IMG/VR virus record: IMGVR_UViG_2716884766_000001
Location: 32,001-96,000 of that record
Source: a virus
DNA: 64,000 nt
Direction: 5' to 3' (one strand)
Part shown: positions 21,170 through 28,639 of the stretch, one piece after another
How positions within the stretch are numbered: the first letter of the stretch is position 1
How the letters are laid out: every line of letters begins with the position of its first letter
Position numbers and translations under genes: made by a program
Notes under the pieces: generated by a model
The model's input: the letters and a program-made list of their open reading frames with translations, nothing else
Told to the model about the DNA's origin: nothing
Database searches by the model: none

Positions 21170-21667
21170 TTAATAGTAATTTGAAATGAAGGAACGTATA
21201 CCTTCCCACTCATTATATATCTTCAATTCGAGAGTGAAGGTTGCGGGACTCTGTGCTGTCATGTTACCAGACGGTCCTGATTCCCATTGGACTGTGATAT
21301 CAAAGAACTCAGAGACATAATTACTGCCATCTTGGTTCAGATCGTAAAGAACCTTATCATCAGGCATGTTATCAGTGCCTTCTACTGTTGTTGGAGTAGA
21401 GTTAAGGTTAGTTTTGCCCTGTTCGACGTATGTAAAGAAGTCTGAAAAGGGATCTGCGAGCGTTCCTGTGATTGAAACGCTTGTTGTACCAGGTGTTATT
21501 ACTAAATTCGGTTGATTACCCTGTACAGTGGCATTGACATTCGTTACAGCACACTGATTCGGACTCGATACACTACATGAAGCACTCACTGAGGTGTTCA
21601 TAGTGAAGTTTGGTCGGGTTATATCGGGTAATCCTGTTATTACGTCGGGTGATATTGATACACTCAC
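21170..21667 (-). CDS. Hypothetical, probably structural (S/T-rich beta protein)
   Basis: 165-aa ORF tightly packed between neighbours in the late operon. Confidence 0.6.
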   Translation of the reverse strand: MSVSISPDVITGLPDITRPNFTMNTSVSASCSVSSPNQCAVTNVNATVQGNQPNLVITPGTTSVSITGTLADPFSDFFTYVEQGKTNLNSTPTTVEGTDNMPDDKVLYDLNQDGSNYVSEFFDITVQWESGPSGNMTAQSPATFTLELKIYNEWEGIRSFISNYY

Positions 21668-21882
21668 TTCTGTTCTCTTGCTTGAAGCATAGTTAGGAAG
21701 TTTACCATGTTCTCCATCAACGCATGGTCGTTAATATCATGCGGTGGGTCTGGATACTTAGGCATAAACTTAATTAAATGGTCAAATTTATCGGGAATAT
21801 CAGAAATTTTATGATACTCTATCAATTCTGTGCCCTGACGAACAACAAAATCGCCTTCGAGGGATAAAAATTGTGCTTCCAT
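21664..21882 (-). CDS. Hypothetical protein
   Basis: 72-aa ORF (DIPDKFDHLIKF.P.YP.PPH) preceded by late-type ATAAATA at 21898-21904. Confidence 0.65.
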   Translation of the reverse strand: MEAQFLSLEGDFVVRQGTELIEYHKISDIPDKFDHLIKFMPKYPDPPHDINDHALMENMVNFLTMLQAREQK

Positions 21883-21897
21883 GATGTTTTTTACAAA

Positions 21898-21936
21898 TAT
21901 TTATCCCGTCGTGCGGATGCAACGACGCGATTTTTT
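21898..21936. terminator. Hairpin with a plus-strand T-tract, next to a minus-strand late promoter ATAAATA (21898-21904)
   Basis: CGTCGT-GC-GGAT-GC-A-ACGACG followed by CGATTTTTT; sits at the junction of the accessory and late regions. Confidence 0.45.
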
Positions 21937-21941
21937 GTATT

Positions 21942-22145
21942 TCAGTACGAAGTATCAGTAATCGCTAGATTATCGTCTTCGTCTAGGGTAATTTCTACGT
22001 AATTTAACTCCGTATTATAGGTCCACATGAGTTTTTCCCAGATTCCGTGGAAATCTTCCTCATCTACACCTCTCATTATACATCTATCTTCCCAATAGAG
22101 GTGATAAATCTTAGAGTTTTTCGATAGAGTTGAGTCTTTTGTCAT
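21942..22145 (-). CDS. Hypothetical protein
   Basis: 67-aa ORF in a minus-strand run; start uncertain. Confidence 0.55.
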   Translation of the reverse strand: MTKDSTLSKNSKIYHLYWEDRCIMRGVDEEDFHGIWEKLMWTYNTELNYVEITLDEDDNLAITDTSY

Positions 22146-22290
22146 GTTCGAGTACTACGTCTACTAATTTTTCATAATTTTCCTTATTTGGTCGCTTCAT
22201 TAGAAGCTCCATACTATTAAGGCGGGTCTCCAACGCTTCAATTTGTGATTTGAGAGCGTAGAGACAGTCAGATATCTCTTGCTGAGTCAT
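22111..22290 (-). CDS. Small coiled-coil hypothetical protein (59 aa)
   Basis: Not in track; reads MTQQEISDCLYALKSQIEALETRLNSMELL...; ATGA overlap with the upstream ORF. Confidence 0.6.
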   Translation of the reverse strand: MTQQEISDCLYALKSQIEALETRLNSMELLMKRPNKENYEKLVDVVLEHDKRLNSIEKL

Positions 22291-22460
22291 TCTTCTATAT
22301 CAAAACTCCATTGTATAGACTTAATATAGTCAAAAGTACATGATATGTCTTTATCACAGTCAATATCATACTTACGATCACAAAGAAATTTACGTAATTC
22401 GTAAATCCCAGAGAACTTTCCCTGTTTTTCTTGCTTCTCGTCGTATAGAATGTACTTCAT
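22287..22460 (-). CDS. Small hypothetical protein (57 aa)
   Basis: Not in track; reads MKYILYDEKQEKQGKFSGIYELRKFLCDRKY...; first gene after a sigma70-type promoter. Confidence 0.6.
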   Translation of the reverse strand: MKYILYDEKQEKQGKFSGIYELRKFLCDRKYDIDCDKDISCTFDYIKSIQWSFDIEE

Positions 22461-22487
22461 ACCCTCTAGCTAGTTGTCTTCCTTCTA

Positions 22488-22515
22488 ATTATAACACATA
22501 TTATCAGCAAGTCAA
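22488..22515 (-). promoter_or_regulatory. Host sigma70-type promoter
   Basis: TTGACT-N16-TATAAT with an extended TGn -10, minus strand. Confidence 0.7.
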
Positions 22516-22718
22516 CACAAATTCACAAATTCTTTAGGTTCTTTTAAGGATTTCTCCATATGAGCATCGTTCCAATGACGTATATTACCCGCTACGATGA
22601 AACAATTAGTGACTATGAGTTGTATGAAGATAAAAGTACGTATCCCCGCTATGATATCTGCCTCTCGATCAGACTTTCCAGACTTCTCTCCGAGTGCTTT
22701 TGCCCAAATTCGCCACAT
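22512..22718 (-). CDS. Small membrane protein (MWRIWAKALGEK...)
   Basis: One hydrophobic segment; TAATG coupling to the upstream gene. Confidence 0.65.
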   Translation of the reverse strand: MWRIWAKALGEKSGKSDREADIIAGIRTFIFIQLIVTNCFIVAGNIRHWNDAHMEKSLKEPKEFVNLC

Positions 22719-23305
22719 TAACAGTTCTTATTCAAGTCTTCTGCCATATTACCACCGATCTCTGCTCCCTGTTCTCCACCAAACATAGCTATCCACCCTG
22801 CTGCTACCCATCCTACGAATGGTATAGTACTCACTGTAGGTGCTGCTGCTGCTCCAACGCTTGTTCCGACAAGTCTCCCAGTGCCTTCAGCACTACCTAC
22901 TGCCTTAATACATGCTAAATCTTTGTCTGAGAGTTCGGGATTACTGTCAGTAAACTCTTGGTAAGGTGCTAACCAACTTCTTTTGTTACTTACTGCTCCA
23001 CCTTGGTTGGTCTTACCATCCATGAAGTACTCTTCAACTGTCTTAGTTGTCTCTGTTGCTAGTCCTAAGAATCCTCCCTTCTCTTTCACGTCCTTAGTAA
23101 TGTATGCTGTCTTAGGATCGTTTGCCTTATAAGAGATTCTATATCTATCTGGTTCTACTTCTGCTTGGAAAGTACCGTAATCACCATCTGGGATATTGAC
23201 TACTGGTAAGCTTCTCTCTTGTTTGTTCGTTGCTATCATTCCAATCATAGCAATATGAGAGACTCCTACGAGTACTCCCAATGATAATCCAATCCACTTA
23301 ATCAT
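22718..23305 (-). CDS. Membrane protein with C-terminal glycine-zipper-like helices
   Basis: N-terminal TM segment; GRLVGTSVGAAAA...GWVAAGWIAMFGG.QGAEIGG. Confidence 0.65.
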   Translation of the reverse strand: MIKWIGLSLGVLVGVSHIAMIGMIATNKQERSLPVVNIPDGDYGTFQAEVEPDRYRISYKANDPKTAYITKDVKEKGGFLGLATETTKTVEEYFMDGKTNQGGAVSNKRSWLAPYQEFTDSNPELSDKDLACIKAVGSAEGTGRLVGTSVGAAAAPTVSTIPFVGWVAAGWIAMFGGEQGAEIGGNMAEDLNKNC

Positions 23306-23510
23306 TTTCTTCTTTAGTATAAGGAGTGAAGACTATTAACTCTTCGCCATCCTTAACTTCCTTCATCTCTGGGTGTATATTATAAGATGTTTTAGGTTTT
23401 GTGTCAAGTGACATGAGTACAGATGACATGCTTCGCCACATAAACGCAAAAGATGCTCCTAGCACTGCTGCGAAGCATATAAAATATACGAATATGGTTA
23501 TGTCATTCAT
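23298..23510 (-). CDS. DUF2973-like small membrane protein
   Basis: N-terminal TM followed by the HPEM...EELIVF pattern I associate with cyanobacterial DUF2973. Confidence 0.5.
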   Translation of the reverse strand: MNDITIFVYFICFAAVLGASFAFMWRSMSSVLMSLDTKPKTSYNIHPEMKEVKDGEELIVFTPYTKEEND

Positions 23511-23581
23511 CTGAAGAGTCCTTCCCTGTATAGTATCTATAATACTCTATCTCTAAGAGTCTACAGAGTTCTTCAAACTCT

Positions 23582-23815
23582 TCATCCGTCAGTAGGTCTA
23601 AATTCACGTTTCTCGTAATCGTAGTTGGGGTGGGGTTGAGCAGAGATCACAGGATCCTTAGTTTTGTTCTTAATCACAATAAATCTATCAGCAGCAAAGG
23701 TTCCTGCCAGTTGTACCACTACCTCATCTCCATCCTTCCAATTAATACTGCCATCCTTCTTGGTATGTAGCATTGCTTCCTGTATCTGATCAATTAACTC
23801 TTGTGTGAGTTTCAT
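23582..23815 (-). CDS. Hypothetical protein
   Basis: 77-aa ORF (MKLTQELIDQIQEAMLHTKKDGSINWKDGDEV...). Confidence 0.65.
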   Translation of the reverse strand: MKLTQELIDQIQEAMLHTKKDGSINWKDGDEVVVQLAGTFAADRFIVIKNKTKDPVISAQPHPNYDYEKREFRPTDG

Positions 23816-23898
23816 TTCTTAAATGCTCCGAGTTTAGTTAATACGTATAATCCGAGTACAACCCAGAATATAAGTTCAAGTGCGTAGTTAGTCGTCAT
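23812..23898 (-). CDS. 28-aa single-TM microprotein
   Basis: MTTNYALELIFWVVLGLYVLTKLGAFKK; its stop overlaps the next ATG (ATGA). Confidence 0.45.
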   Translation of the reverse strand: MTTNYALELIFWVVLGLYVLTKLGAFKK

Positions 23899-24127
23899 GA
23901 TCATCCCAAGGGTCGGCAAGTCCTTTGTTAGCAAAGAAAGCTTTGTATACACCAAACCCTGCCAAGAGTGTGGTAATCACTGCTACTGATATCCCAAACG
24001 TGATGTTGGGGTTAGCATTATAGTGAGGTATGAGTGCGTTACACTTCGTCCAAGTACCTGGCAGTGTATACACAGGGGGGCACGATAACAGCATATCTCT
24101 TATCGCATACATTTCAGATCCAATCAT
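23888..24127 (-). CDS. psbN: PsbN-like photosystem assembly factor with N-terminal extension
   Basis: TM helix followed by GFGVYKAF...LADPWDDHDD, matching the PsbN pattern GY..Y.AFG...L.DPFEEH.D. Confidence 0.7.
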   Translation of the reverse strand: MIGSEMYAIRDMLLSCPPVYTLPGTWTKCNALIPHYNANPNITFGISVAVITTLLAGFGVYKAFFANKGLADPWDDHDD

Positions 24128-24250
24128 AGGGGGGTTTTACCTCAGAAAAAATTTTTAAATATTTTTGAAACGCACGTACCCACTTTTGTAGGTTAGCTGC
24201 GTGGGACTCTTTTATAACGGGGGGGCGGGGGCGACTGCCCCAACCACTGC
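24128..24250. other. Non-coding locus with an AT-rich tract, G-runs and a GC hairpin
   Basis: AAAAAATTTTTAAATATTTTT tract, CCCAC...GTGGG stem, G7-C-G5 run and GGGGC-GACT-GCCCC hairpin. Confidence 0.5.
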
Positions 24251-24259
24251 CTTTGCGAC

Positions 24260-24451
24260 TCACCCGTGAAAGAGTGGTCGCATATAGTCTTTGAACTTCT
24301 CACGCATGTCATCAGCAAGAACCCATAATTGCTCTTCTGATAGAGCGTTCTTGGCATCTGCTAACTGTATAGTTAGTTCGTCATAGCATGCCTGAGAGAT
24401 GCCCTTATTAGTTAGGTCATACTTATGTAGTTCAACATGATTAAAGAACAT
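24260..24451 (-). CDS. Hypothetical protein
   Basis: 63-aa ORF in the early-region run. Confidence 0.6.
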   Translation of the reverse strand: MFFNHVELHKYDLTNKGISQACYDELTIQLADAKNALSEEQLWVLADDMREKFKDYMRPLFHG

Positions 24452-24454
24452 GAT

Positions 24455-24697
24455 TTAAAATCCTCCGTTAAGTGAATCGTTTAATTTCTCAATGTAATCA
24501 GCATATGTGTCATGCTGATTGCCTAGACGTGTAATCCAGTTGTTATACCAATAACAATTAGATCCGTCCTCTAGGATAGGATCAGCGGTTAACTCACCGC
24601 CTACCTTACGTGTGAGAGTGGGGGTTGCTACCTCACTCTGTGTATATCCTTTCTGTGCTAACTGTGGATAGAATTCGTTGAAATCTGAATTGTTCAT
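24455..24697 (-). CDS. Hypothetical protein
   Basis: 80-aa ORF downstream of a minus-strand TATAAT at 24725-24730. Confidence 0.6.
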   Translation of the reverse strand: MNNSDFNEFYPQLAQKGYTQSEVATPTLTRKVGGELTADPILEDGSNCYWYNNWITRLGNQHDTYADYIEKLNDSLNGGF

Positions 24698-24769
24698 AAT
24701 GTGTAATTAACTGTGTATAACCCTATTATAGTACGTACTGTATATAAACGGGGGGGTTATCTGTGAACG

Positions 24770-24955
24770 TTAACAATTCGTTACACTATAATCCCACGGA
24801 GCAGGTTCGCATATCTTCTCTGTGAGAGAATCAAACGCATCTTCCGATGCGTCATCTATCCACCCCATGTCTATAAAATAGGTTGCCATCTTCACTAGAA
24901 CTGCTTCCTCTGGTTCGGTAACATTTAGGGTGCGTTCCCATACTGCCTTAGTCAT
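24770..24955 (-). CDS. Hypothetical acidic protein
   Basis: 61-aa ORF, TAATG-coupled to the upstream gene. Confidence 0.6.
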   Translation of the reverse strand: MTKAVWERTLNVTEPEEAVLVKMATYFIDMGWIDDASEDAFDSLTEKICEPAPWDYSVTNC

Positions 24956-25140
24956 TAATGATACCCTCCCTTAGATTCAAATACATCTTCGTTCCAGTGT
25001 TCATGCTCTTCTAGAATGCCAAGGTTGATTGCTATCTGGTCATAGCATTCCATAGCACTGCGGGACATACGACCCGCTGTATAGTCCCAACCTAAATCAG
25101 CGAAGTCGTCATAGAGTTTTTTAACGTTTACAGGTTTCAT
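24955..25140 (-). CDS. Hypothetical acidic protein
   Basis: 61-aa ORF, TAATG-coupled on both sides. Confidence 0.6.
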   Translation of the reverse strand: MKPVNVKKLYDDFADLGWDYTAGRMSRSAMECYDQIAINLGILEEHEHWNEDVFESKGGYH

Positions 25141-25322
25141 TAGTTAACCTCCATCCATTTGATGTCTGCCTTAGTGCCTACCTTGAAAATACAGACGCGA
25201 TCCATGGTATCGGTTGCCATGTCAAGTGCTGTGTCCTCAGCGGATGCGAAGTCGTTTTTAAATTCAGCACCTATCAAAACTTGGTTTCCCCAGTGTGAAG
25301 GTTGGATTGCCCATGTTGTCAT
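25140..25322 (-). CDS. Hypothetical protein (start MTTWAIQPS)
   Basis: ATG at 25322 with GGAG upstream; the longer track ORF runs through the promoter element. Confidence 0.6.
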   Translation of the reverse strand: MTTWAIQPSHWGNQVLIGAEFKNDFASAEDTALDMATDTMDRVCIFKVGTKADIKWMEVN

Positions 25323-25352
25323 GTTGGATTGCTCCTGTGTTTGTATAGTACT

Positions 25353-25411
25353 ATTGTAGTCTATTTTGTTGGAAAAAATAGCATTGATTGTGACACAAAT
25401 AATATTGTCAC
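25353..25411 (-). promoter_or_regulatory. Palindrome-promoter element, copy 1
   Basis: GTGACA-N10-TGTCAC at 25390-25411; minus-strand TACAAT at 25353-25358. Confidence 0.65.
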
Positions 25412-25447
25412 ACCAGACCGCGACGGTCTGGGCGGCTCGTTTGACGC

Positions 25448-25603
25448 TCAAGTAACAGACCTCCTAAACTCTAGACATATCTCTTTGAAATAGTCCATGT
25501 CCTCTGCTGACACATAGTCTGCTCCGTCCTCTCCAAAATAAGAGAATGTTTCATTCACTCTCTTAATAAAGGTAAGCAATGCGATTTCGTTTGGTGTATA
25601 CAT
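25448..25603 (-). CDS. Hypothetical protein (start MYTPNE)
   Basis: 51-aa ORF immediately after the previous stop. Confidence 0.55.
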   Translation of the reverse strand: MYTPNEIALLTFIKRVNETFSYFGEDGADYVSAEDMDYFKEICLEFRRSVT

Positions 25604-25605
25604 GA

Positions 25606-25773
25606 TTAGTGCCTGTCTGAGATGTACCATACCCCATAGTTGTTTATTCTTTGGGGTTCAAAGTTTCTCTTTGACATTTCAAAGAGTGCTGCCTTAACAA
25701 CTGGATTGTTAATTGCTGTTTCGTTAGCAAGTACCTTTCCGTCGTAGATAGGTCTTAATTGAGAGTCAAACAT
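25606..25773 (-). CDS. Hypothetical protein (start MFDSQLR)
   Basis: First ATG after the minus-strand TATAAT at 25798-25803. Confidence 0.6.
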   Translation of the reverse strand: MFDSQLRPIYDGKVLANETAINNPVVKAALFEMSKRNFEPQRINNYGVWYISDRH

Positions 25774-25797
25774 AGTTTTCTTGTTTGTTACTCTTCT

Positions 25798-25891
25798 ATT
25801 ATAGTTCGGATTACACATAATAATGACAATAAAGGACACTAATATAAGTGGCACACTGCCAGCTTAAAATTCCAGAGCTACATGCTATAAT
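25798..25891. promoter_or_regulatory. Bidirectional palindrome-promoter element, copy 2
   Basis: Minus-strand TATAAT (25798-25803), 28 bp, AAGGACAC-TAATATAA-GTGGCAC (25832-25854), 31 bp, plus-strand TATAAT (25886-25891) preceded by TGC. Confidence 0.8.
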
Positions 25892-25902
25892 GAAGGTAGA
25901 GC

Positions 25903-26142
25903 TCATTTCCCTACCCCCTTTTTAAAATCACATTTCATGTAGTCTTTGATCTCTTCCACCACTTCATCATAGCTATCGTCCCAATAGTTGCGAGCTTCCT
26001 CGATGAACTCATGCTCACCCAGTTTATCGAAGTAATTAAACAAGTCGTTGGATACATACTCCTCTAGGTCTTTGGTGGACATATTGTCCACCATTCTCTC
26101 TGTTAAGAACTCTTTGAGTTCTAGTAGTAATTCTCTATCCAT
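25903..26142 (-). CDS. Hypothetical acidic helical protein
   Basis: 79-aa ORF directly after the previous stop. Confidence 0.65.
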   Translation of the reverse strand: MDRELLLELKEFLTERMVDNMSTKDLEEYVSNDLFNYFDKLGEHEFIEEARNYWDDSYDEVVEEIKDYMKCDFKKGVGK

Positions 26143-26655
26143 TTATAGATACCCTGCTACTTCACATCCTGGTTCATCATAGAACCACGATACAGACAAA
26201 TCGTCAAACTGTTCACGGATTGCGTAACAAATCTCTTCGGGTGGCGACCATGCTGTATCGAATGTTACTTGAAATCCATGTGGCATGTCAGAGTCCTCTA
26301 TATCCACACAGTAGCAATCCCACTTCGTTCCCCAGTTATGGACTCTCCAGTTGTACCATCTATCATCATTTACATCAGTGCTAGGGAAATATAAACCCCT
26401 GCCAAAACCTTTGTCTTTATATACTGGCAACTCACCGACCTCACCTCTAGGGTTAGAGAATGAATATTCTTTGACATCACTCTCAGCAAGTGGAACTTTA
26501 GACCAGTCTGGTTCGGGTATGAATGATCCAAACACTGTGTCAACTGGTTCTTTAAGTTCATCAGCAAGTGCCTTGTTAAAGATTGCGTGTAGTTTGAGAA
26601 TTGCTGTTGTATCCTCTGAGTAGAATTCTACTCTGTTGTGACAATGATTAGGCAT
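26143..26655 (-). CDS. DUF1281/YubB-like (ferredoxin-like fold) protein
   Basis: MPNHCHN start; WYNWRVHNWGTKWD, FDTAWSPP and WFYDEPG motifs. Confidence 0.7.
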   Translation of the reverse strand: MPNHCHNRVEFYSEDTTAILKLHAIFNKALADELKEPVDTVFGSFIPEPDWSKVPLAESDVKEYSFSNPRGEVGELPVYKDKGFGRGLYFPSTDVNDDRWYNWRVHNWGTKWDCYCVDIEDSDMPHGFQVTFDTAWSPPEEICYAIREQFDDLSVSWFYDEPGCEVAGYL

Positions 26656-26678
26656 AAACTCCTTAGTTGTATAATACA

Positions 26679-26772
26679 ATTATACTGCCACAGGTGACAG
26701 TATGGTGAAAAAATGGACACTAATATAAGTGGCACATAGCCACGTGAAAAGAAGCATGGTCCTTGCTATAAT
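26679..26772. promoter_or_regulatory. Bidirectional palindrome-promoter element, copy 3
   Basis: Minus-strand TATAAT (26679-26684), 28 bp, ATGGACAC-TAATATAA-GTGGCAC (26713-26735), 31 bp, plus-strand TATAAT preceded by TGC. Confidence 0.8.
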
Positions 26773-26783
26773 GGGGGTAGAGC

Positions 26784-26951
26784 TCATAATTCCTCTATGT
26801 CCTCTATGACCCATTCACCTGCATATTCGTCCTCAACATCGAATGCATTTACATTCTTATGCAGGAGCTCTTCGGCTTCCTGCATTGTTTCTGCTTCGAC
26901 TAGCACGGTGAAGTAATTCACCTCGCTGCACTGGATTCTAAATTGATTCAT
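26784..26951 (-). CDS. Small acidic hypothetical protein (55 aa)
   Basis: Not in track; reads MNQFRIQCSEVNYFTVLVEAETMQEAEELL...; ATGA coupling. Confidence 0.6.
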   Translation of the reverse strand: MNQFRIQCSEVNYFTVLVEAETMQEAEELLHKNVNAFDVEDEYAGEWVIEDIEEL

Positions 26952-27139
26952 TCGGGTTTCATTGTAAAGTGTAAATCATTGACTAGGAACCCGCTGCTAG
27001 CGGTTAATTGTTCGCAGAGGTCTTGAAGGTCTGTTGCTTCCCAGATCCCCCAATGATCCTCTGTTATTGCTTCGCGGTTAGTCTTTGAGATCCACTCCTC
27101 ATCGAATGCGAAATTGACTTGAGTTACGAAATATTTCAT
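26948..27139 (-). CDS. Hypothetical protein (start MKYFVTQ)
   Basis: ATGA-coupled to neighbours on both sides. Confidence 0.6.
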   Translation of the reverse strand: MKYFVTQVNFAFDEEWISKTNREAITEDHWGIWEATDLQDLCEQLTASSGFLVNDLHFTMKPE

Positions 27140-27438
27140 TTGAATGAAACCTCCCTCATGTCGCATGAGTACATTACAGAGTCTTGACGAAATGCTCTTT
27201 TGTATGCTTCACCCACTTCAAATAATGCGTCCTCATACTGTCTACCAGTAACAGAGAAACAAACTATTGCTTCCATTGTTCCTTTGTAGATCCCCATACC
27301 GTGAGTAATTGTGGCATACTCAAGACGGGTGAGCACTTCATCTTTGATGAACTGTTCTAACATCTGATTGGTGACAGTTCCCTCGTCTCCGATGTTTCTG
27401 CCGACTGTTAGTGTGGTTGTCTCCAAGGTTAACCTCAT
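27136..27438 (-). CDS. Hypothetical protein, possibly DUF3574-like
   Basis: L.VGRNI...FIKDEV...T...GIYKG..E...YKRAFRQDSVM pattern. Confidence 0.5.
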   Translation of the reverse strand: MRLTLETTTLTVGRNIGDEGTVTNQMLEQFIKDEVLTRLEYATITHGMGIYKGTMEAIVCFSVTGRQYEDALFEVGEAYKRAFRQDSVMYSCDMREVSFK

Positions 27439-27452
27439 TGATTGATATCTCT

Positions 27453-27549
27453 ATAATAGTTCCTAGCCCTGACTAATACAAGTGATAGTGTGCACTAATA
27501 AAAGTGGCACACTCAATGCACTATACGGTGCAGGATTTGCTATTATAAT
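27453..27549. promoter_or_regulatory. Bidirectional palindrome-promoter element, copy 4 (between divergent genes)
   Basis: Minus-strand TATTAT (27453-27458), GTGTGCAC-TAATAAAA-GTGGCAC (27488-27510), plus-strand TGCTATTATAAT just before ATG 27553. Confidence 0.75.
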
Positions 27550-27552
27550 AAT

Positions 27553-27756
27553 ATGAAAAACTTCCAAGAATTCATCGACTACTGCCTAGACTTCTACGGG
27601 TGGAATGGTCTATACGACCAAGGTCGAACACGTGAGCAAATTGCTTACGCTACTCTATACTACCTTGACTCATGTAATGATCAAATTACTTGGGGATATG
27701 GTGACTCACTCGACAGAGAAAGAGTCCGTGACATTATGAACGAGTTGTACGACTAA
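27553..27756 (+). CDS. Hypothetical protein (possibly leaderless mRNA)
   Basis: 67-aa plus-strand ORF starting a few nt after the -10 box; DSLDRERVRD motif. Confidence 0.65.
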   Translation: MKNFQEFIDYCLDFYGWNGLYDQGRTREQIAYATLYYLDSCNDQITWGYGDSLDRERVRDIMNELYD

Positions 27757-27989
27757 TGGCATATTGTGACGTTTGCGGTAACTTTGATGATTCTCATTTT
27801 GAGGATCTCAAAGAGACCTATCAAGACATACCCAAAGATGCACATCAGCCTGATTTGTATTATTATTGGGATGCACCCATAGAAGAGGACTATTCCTGGC
27901 GAGATGCACACCCACACGTAGACTGCATGTGTGAAATCTGCTTTGATATAGCTAATCATGATAAACAAATAATATGGGCTGATCATTAA
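27756..27989 (+). CDS. Small CxxC...CxxC putative zinc-binding protein
   Basis: CDVC and CMCEIC; TAATG-coupled. Confidence 0.6.
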   Translation: MAYCDVCGNFDDSHFEDLKETYQDIPKDAHQPDLYYYWDAPIEEDYSWRDAHPHVDCMCEICFDIANHDKQIIWADH

Positions 27990-28050
27990 TGAAACTAAAA
28001 AAGAAACCAAAGAGACCAGGACCAATGCCTGTAGTCATCACCCCAGACAG

Positions 28051-28110
28051 TGTGACACTTACACAAACTGTCCACACATGTCCCAAATGCGGTTTTACCG
28101 CTGCTATAAT
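28051..28110 (+). promoter_or_regulatory. Palindrome-promoter element, copy 5 (inverted orientation)
   Basis: GTGACAC-N9-CTGTCCAC (28052-28075), 29 bp, plus-strand TATAAT preceded by TGC. Confidence 0.75.
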
Positions 28111-28136
28111 AGAAAAGTAAACAACCGAGGTAAACC

Positions 28137-28367
28137 TTGAAATTAAACTCAATCGCTAAAAACCAAACTGAAGTCACCCTCTCAAATGGTGATCAGGTAT
28201 TTTTCAGTTACAGGACCCCAGTCGCGTGTTACATTGCTAAAAAGGGACGCTATGCAAGAACTGATGCATGGTACTCATCAACCACTACAAGACATATTAA
28301 CAAGTGGTTGGGCAATCTTGAGTACGACGTAATCCCCCAATCATACCTAGACGAGATCACCCTCTGA
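28137..28367 (+). CDS. Conserved-looking phage hypothetical protein
   Basis: TTG start with GAGG upstream; FSYRTPVA...YSSTTTRHINKWL. Confidence 0.65.
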   Translation: MKLNSIAKNQTEVTLSNGDQVFFSYRTPVACYIAKKGRYARTDAWYSSTTTRHINKWLGNLEYDVIPQSYLDEITL

Positions 28368-28388
28368 TCTCCTAGGTATCAAATGATA

Positions 28389-28425
28389 CAACAAAACCCC
28401 GACAGGTCATCCTGTGCGGGGTTAT
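28389..28425 (-). terminator. Intrinsic terminator between convergent genes
   Basis: AACCCCG-ACAGG-TCAT-CCTGT-G-CGGGGTT stem; U-tract on the minus strand. Confidence 0.7.
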
Positions 28426-28444
28426 CCCAGTGCAACTTGACAAA

Positions 28445-28639
28445 CTACTTGCAGGGCACCTGGTAACAGAGTCCTTCGAGTACATAATAATCTGCCAGCT
28501 CGTAGAGCTCTGGATACTGCTCGATTAGATCCGTATCCAGTAGAAATTGGACGATTTCCACTGTGTCACACGGTGATAGCGTCCCGCTGTGATATTCTGC
28601 TATAATATCCTTATAGTTCATAGAATTAATAGTCTTCAT
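28445..28639 (-). CDS. Hypothetical protein
   Basis: 64-aa ORF; ATAAATA at 28642-28648 just upstream. Confidence 0.55.
   Translation of the reverse strand: MKTINSMNYKDIIAEYHSGTLSPCDTVEIVQFLLDTDLIEQYPELYELADYYVLEGLCYQVPCK

Noticed and set aside
25390-25411. Palindrome read as an NtcA or CRP site
   Set aside because: It does not fit GTA-N8-TAC or TGTGA-N6-TCACA spacing.
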